DNA of 64,000 nucleotides from Amoebidium appalachense (taxonomy: Eukaryota > Protista > Ichthyosporea), in the NCBI GenBank assembly GCA_963693365.1, contig CAVNZM010000013.1:6252640-6316639 (forward strand). The letters run 5' to 3'. The translations under genes were made by a program, and so were the position numbers. A model generated the notes under the pieces. The model was not told the DNA's origin, searched no databases, and saw nothing but the letters and a program-made list of their open reading frames with translations. This document shows, piece after piece, positions 57,817 through 64,000 of this stretch (position 1 is its first letter; each line of letters starts with the position of its first letter).

Positions 57817-60254
57817 ATGCACACTCTAAAAACCGCTGTAGTGCTAGCCCTAGGCTACGCCGGTGCCGCCTACGCCCAGGTGTCCGGTGCAGGCTCGCCT
57901 TGCCCCACTGGTTTCGAAAACAAGGAAGGCATCTGTGTTGCTGTGCCGCGTGCACTTCTAGCGGTAAACCCGACAATCCCGGATGCCCGTGGGTTCGATG
58001 TTGCGGCCCCACCAGCTGCTCTACTGACAACAGCAGTCAGCCCGCTCGACTGCATCGGACGCATTGCTACAGGCGGGAAGGTGAACATCAAAAATGGCGA
58101 ACTGGGCTGGCACCCAGACGGTTGCAACAAGTGCAGGTGCACAAACAGGAGGCTCACGTGCACGCGCAGGCAGTGCACGGGCACCATTGGTGATGCACAG
58201 TTGAACGTCATTGAGCCACCTAAAACGGGCTTTTCCGACAAGTATTTGTATGTTTGGTATGGTGACGATGACCAGAAGGACCCGGACTTCATCGCTACAC
58301 TGGACTTCGACCGCAAGTCGCCTAACTATGGCAAGGTGGGTGCCCAAAGAGCGGAATTTTGCTATTGAATTTGAAAGTGAAGGCAAGGCGACATTTGCGT
58401 GTTCGTATGCCGGCAAGCTGACGGAGGCACAAACATAAAGCACACGTGTGTGTGTGTGTGTGCATGTGTGTGTGTGTGTGGTGCGTGTCTGTGTGTAGAT
58501 GTTTGTGGCCACAAGGTCGCCATGCTGGCCACAAACATAAAGATATGCCAATGCCACGGTAATGAGGTTTCGGCAAATAGTCATATGTGCACAGTGGTGT
58601 GGCAAGCATCTCGGACGATCACGGCATGTGTTGCACGATTGGCACGGGATCATTTGCACAAGAGTGAAGGCCGATGGATAAAATGATGATATGTATATCG
58701 GTTTGGGTTCTGTCTCTCTGCCAATTCGTTGGGGAAACGGTAAATATGGGATGATGGAATGGTGTGTGTGAAAGCTCATGCATCAAGCTTCTGTGAGGGA
58801 GGAAGGGAGAGGTGAAAGAAGCGTCCGGGTTGTAGGTATGGGGTGCCGGGTGTCGAGAATATGTGCACGGTATGTTGGGTGTGTGCATGTGCCTTTCTCA
58901 GTTTTCTTCAGCTTTTTGTTGGTGTGTGTACGTGTGTGTGGTGATGGGTTTGGTGATGGTTTGCGTGAGTGGTGGTGGTGGTGGTGGTGTTTGTTAGCCG
59001 CGGAGGGGATTGGGTGGGTGGTGGTGGTGGGGGGGGGAGGGAGAGAGAGAGAGAGAGAGAGATGGGAGGGGGGGTGGGGGGGTGGGGGGGCAGCAGGGAG
59101 AGAATGTAAGCCCGTGCCAGGAAAACATGGTGTGTATGAGTCCAGCTACAACAAACATTTAACTATTCGTTCCCCCCGTGCAGGTCATTTCCACCTCGCC
59201 CCTTGCCGGCTGGTACGCGCGCAAGAACGAGCCCCATCACGTGGGCATTAGTGCCGACAAGAAGACCATCATTGCTGGCGGCCTGCTGAGCTGGGTCAAC
59301 AACCAGCCCGACCTGTTCTTCTTCGATCTCAGCAAGGACCCCTCCCGGCCTCGTTTCAACAGGGCCATGGACGCCCCCCTCTCTTCCACAACCGACGATT
59401 TCGTCTCGCTGCCTAACGGAAACATTCTCATCACTATGATGGGTGGCCCCGCCGGCGGATACAAGGGCCGTGTGATCGAATTGGACACACAAAATAAGCT
59501 GGTGGGTGAGTGGCCCCGCGACCCCCCAGAGGATTTCACCCCTCACGGTATTTCCGTCCGCCCCGAGCGCAATCTCATGGTCACGTCCGATTTCGTCGTG
59601 CCCAAGTCCACGATTGGTGCCGGCCCGCGTGAGTACCGCCAGACAGTGCGTGTGTGGGATCTCGACAAGCGTGAGATCAAAAAGACGATCAAGATCGAAA
59701 CAGCAGCCAGCATCATGGACTTGGCGCTCATTCCCAACGACCCCCTCGAGCGCGTGTATGCGCCTGCACAGGGCGGAAACCTGTACCTCGTCAACACACA
59801 GGACGGTACCTGGGAGGAGATCATGACCTTCTCCGAGCACGCACGCCCGGCTGCTCCCGGCGCCACCACGCCCCCCGGCACCAAACCGCACATTCTCCGA
59901 TTCCGTAAGGACGGGAAGCGCGCGTGGATGACCACCTACGAGGCAGGCAAGGTGCTCATGTTCGATACGACGGACGTGCGCAAGCCCAAAATTCTCCGCG
60001 TAATCGACCTGGGACACGACTCCGGCCCGCATTTCCTTGCTCTTTCCAACGACGAGAACCGTATGATCGTGACGGATTACTTCCTCGACAACAACTATCT
60101 CAACGGAAACGTGAAGGCAGATGGTGATCGCCGCACACACGTGTTCTTGCTGGGAGAGGACGATTTCCAGCTCGACCCTCTGTGGTTCCACGATGGCGAT
60201 ATTGCTTTCCCAACGACTGGCCCTGCCAGACCTCACGGCGCGGTTATGGCTTAA
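57817..60254 (+). CDS. Secreted SBP56/selenium-binding (methanethiol oxidase-family) beta-propeller with N-terminal Cys-rich VWC/pacifastin-like module; exons 57817-58335 and 59184-60254
   Basis: Signal peptide and DGCNKCRC....LTCTRRQC; then DFIATLDFD..SPNYGK|VI, NEPHH, PHGIS, TSDF, TVRVWDL, GPH and ARPHG. Phase-0 GT-AG intron. Confidence 0.85.
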
Positions 60255-61522
60255 AAGGTAGATTAAGATTTAACGGTCACATTTGGTTGGCTGGGATTGG
60301 TTGGTGTTGGTGGGGTGGAAACGGGGAATGATGTCACAAGCAGCATTCCTCATGTTAGCTGTGATTTAGAGTGAGCTTTATATAGTTACTGCTGGCTGGT
60401 TGGTGTAGATTATCTATGAGATATGGATATGGGTAGTACGGATAATGATTTGTGTCTGCGTGTTGGTTCTGATCATCTTGTAGACTAAAGATGATGCTAT
60501 TAGAATATACTTAGAATAACCATACCACCGGGGATGGGTTGGGCCAGTACGGATCTACTGATATTTATGATTTCAGTCCAATACCAAAATTAGCACCGCT
60601 GTAAATGACTACTTACACATTATATGTAGGTTCATGCGGTAATATCGATATCCTTATCATTGCACCATGATTTTTCAATCTAGCTACAATGAGCTTATAG
60701 GCTTTGCCCTACTTGTGCTTGTACGTAACATACTCCTCAAAAAATTGGAGCAAACATAAAAACGAAACGGTACATCATGATGGTTGGCTGGCATGTGCAG
60801 AACCCCCCCCCCCCCCCCCCCCCCCCCCCTCTTGAACGACGTCGACAACAATCACCCTGAAATGGTCCAGGCTGGGAACTGTGGATATCGCGATGACTTG
60901 GGCAGCCTCTGGTTATGGCTCTACAAAGGATGTATACTCTCTTATTTGACAAGCCCTGCAATCTGCATTGTGTCGCCACGTACGAATCATTAATCATGTG
61001 TACCATGAAATATTGTAAACATATAACTTAACCAATAACCTCTCTCCCCCCCTCCCACCCCCCAAAAAAACACCAACCACCACCACCACTTGCCACCACA
61101 CACACACAAGCAATGTAGACACTACAGTACTCGGTGCCGTATGAAGACTATTATATTAGATGGTTAGAGGCTGTCTGTCACCGTGGCCACGGCGTGTGTG
61201 CATAGCCTAAGGTGTGGGAGGCACGGTTTTGGTGGTGGTGGTGCAGGGCTTTTCGTTTTTCTTTTCTTTTTTTTTTGGAGGGAGAGGGGGGACCGGGTCG
61301 TGGGGTGGGGAGCCGGGGAAGCGCTTTATTTGTCGTGTGGGGGTACCTGTGGTGGGTAGGCCCAGTGGGGTGTTTGTGTATGTGGTTCGGATAAATATAT
61401 CTCATGCTCGTTGAACCCCCCTCCCCTCCCATTCCTGCACCCTTTCCTCCCTCCCCCCCCCCCCCCCCCCACACACCCACCCACCCACCCATGGCCACCC
61501 ACACATTTACACATACACACAC

Positions 61523-61607
<85 letters not shown>

Positions 61608-61816
61608 ACACACCCACACCCACACCCACACCCACACACACAAAAAAAACAAACAAGAAAAAAAAAAAAAGGGGGGGGGGGGGGGGGGGGGGGGGGGGGG
61701 CGCTGGTGGTGGTGGTGGTGCTTGGGGGGGGGAGGGGTGGAGGGAGGGGGGAGGGGGGCGTTGTGGTGGTGGTACCGGTGGTGGCGAGTGGTGGTGATGG
61801 TCGTGGTGGTGGTGGT

Positions 61817-61864
<48 letters not shown>

Positions 61865-62243
61865 GCTGCTAAATGTAGTATAGGGGCAGCATGAACAGGT
61901 TCTGGTACACAAAAATGAAGATAACTTCTCAAGAAAGAAGTGATCAAGGCCCCATGGATGTACAGCAACACATATGTATTGGTGGAGCCGAGGCCACAGG
62001 AATGGAAGGAACCCAGAGCCAGACGAAAGAAAAGTTACTGGAGACAGGGCACGTTTTTTGAGACATAAAGAGTTACGGAGATAACATAAGGACGAAACGA
62101 ATGCTTGCCCCCTGGCAAGACTCGAGAGAGAGGATCATTAAAAATAGGACGGACGGGAGAAGAATTAAGGGCGGTAAGGGGGGAGAAAATTGTTTCAAGA
62201 CGACAGGGCAGGTGGCAGGCCGCCGGGGGGAGGGGGGAGGGGG

Positions 62244-62291
<48 letters not shown>

Positions 62292-64000
62292 GGGATAAAT
62301 AAAATGCACTACTTCGGGGTGGAGAGTGGCACCGGCGAATCCCACATAGAACGTGGTTTTGCGTGAACATATCTCCCCCTTGCACAGGGTTGGATGTAGA
62401 TCTGAAACGAGGTGACATTTGGGAATTTTGAACAAAACTTGCCTGTCTTATAAGCAGAGTTAGTGTCCCCTTTTCGCACTGGGGGGATAATATAGATGCG
62501 AAGCCTTCAGGTCGTATTGGAGCCCCTGACCCCTCCTACTCCCTCCCCCCCCTCTCCGCCCGTCCCCTTCATGACCTGTGAATGCAATTATTGTTTGTTG
62601 CTAACTTTGGGAAAGAATAATCTTCCGGTTACGTTGCAACCCTTGACTCCTACAACTCCCCTTCCCCCCCCCCCCCCCCCCCCACCCCCCACCCCCCCCC
62701 CCCCTCCCCTCCCACACAACACGAACTGTGGATTAGTCCCCTCACCCATTATCCCCCCTTCCCCGCGCACACCCCCAACCCCCACCCCTTCACACACACA
62801 CACCTTACCCCCCTCCCCTCCCCCCCACACCCCCTCCCCTCCCCAACCCCCCCCCCCCCCCCAACACACACACACACACACCTTCCCTCATCCCCCCCTC
62901 CCCAGAACCCGAACCAGCACCTCTACTTTCGCCACACGATGCTCACTATCAAAATGAAGGTGAAGTGTCTAGTTGTGCCTGTCGTGCGCCGCCTCCAGAT
63001 CTCGGACTTGCTGCCACCACTAACTCTGGATTTTTGGTGCTTCTCTTTTATTGTCACATATTCATACAAGAAAACCCTGCCACCTAGCCGTTCATGCTCC
63101 TGCTTTCTCTCACTCTCGTTCCTCGAGCTCTCTCGCTCGCTCAACAGTGTGAAACTTTCGGGCCATCATCGGCTCAGTGTGCAAGAACGCGGCCCGAGAT
63201 TGATATGTTGCCGGGACCCATGATACCAGCCCTTAAAAAAATCTTATAAAAATAAAATATTTTTTAAAATTTATGTTTCGGCTCTTTTTCTGATTTAAAC
63301 AATTTAAACATAAAAAGTTTATGGCAAGTCAAGAATGCAGACTGACCCGACTCGTTTACCGAAGATTCGGCTGTGTGGCTGCGGCGTGGCGCGGAGGGGC
63401 AAAAGGTCACGAGTGAGCACACACCGAGGCAGCTGCAGCGAGCAAGAAAAAAGGTAGAAACGGAACGGTTCTCTTGTTTTTCTCTTCCCATTTTCAGTAC
63501 CAAATTATCCTTCTGCCGTTGGTAGGGAATATTACGTTTAGTTGGGCAGAGGGGTCTGGTCACAACGCTTCAAGCGGTATTTTGGGGTGTGATTCAGCTG
63601 TAGATGGGTGTGGTTCGAACGTCAAGAGCGGAGGATAAGGTCAACTGGGCAGATGATTAAGCAGTTGCATTTAGGGACACAGAAAGGAGGAAAGGGGTAT
63701 ATAGAGCATCATCCAAATTAGTGTGCCTGTGAGGAACGAAGTCTTTCAGGTGGCATCTGGCACGACACGCTGCAAATCATTCCTGTCTTTTTCTATGGCT
63801 TCGAGTAGAACATAACGCGCGCGGTACATCATGGCATGGGTGTTTCAGTCATCTACCATTTTTCCCTACACCATGGATTCTCACGGGTGTCCTTTCTTTT
63901 CATCCTGCTGATTTTCGGGGCCTCGGTGTTTTCGGCCAGGCAACACACACAAAACACGAGTTTTGGACTTTCCAACCAAGCGCATCGGGTGCATGCATCG

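Noticed and set aside
59163-60236. 357-aa antisense ORF overlapping the SBP56 exon
   Set aside because: Shadow ORF from GC3-biased codon usage, with no recognisable motifs.
60300-64000. Possible gene in the last 3.7 kb
   Set aside because: Intron-like low-complexity tracts are present but no recognisable coding exons could be supported.

Overview
Eukaryotic, intron-rich DNA, probably from a unicellular holozoan. This is an inference from an HRDVAARN-type tyrosine kinase, an NPxY-tailed adhesin and introns full of C/G homopolymers and (CA)n. Genes in order: the 3' part of a receptor tyrosine kinase (+); a cytoplasmic aspartyl-tRNA synthetase with an N-terminal WHEP domain (-); a CXC + Myb/SANT-like gene (-); a nested transposon cluster at 19.5-36.5 kb; a cathepsin B-like protease (+); a large EGF/CBM-like/vWA/~19xTSP1/TM/2xNPxY adhesin (-); and a secreted VWC-like + SBP56 (methanethiol-oxidase family) protein (+). 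The transposon cluster holds a Ngaro-type tyrosine-recombinase retrotransposon with split direct repeats, whose gag is interrupted by a young non-autonomous LTR element, and a Helentron-like element carrying a pogo/Tigger derivative. The most interesting signal is a ~155-nt structured RNA motif with compensatory base changes and a GAC/GUC pseudoknot-like pairing. It occurs as 2 full and at least 3 partial copies, all in introns of the AspRS gene and on its sense strand. I cannot assign it to a known RNA family. All folding and exon calls were done by eye.
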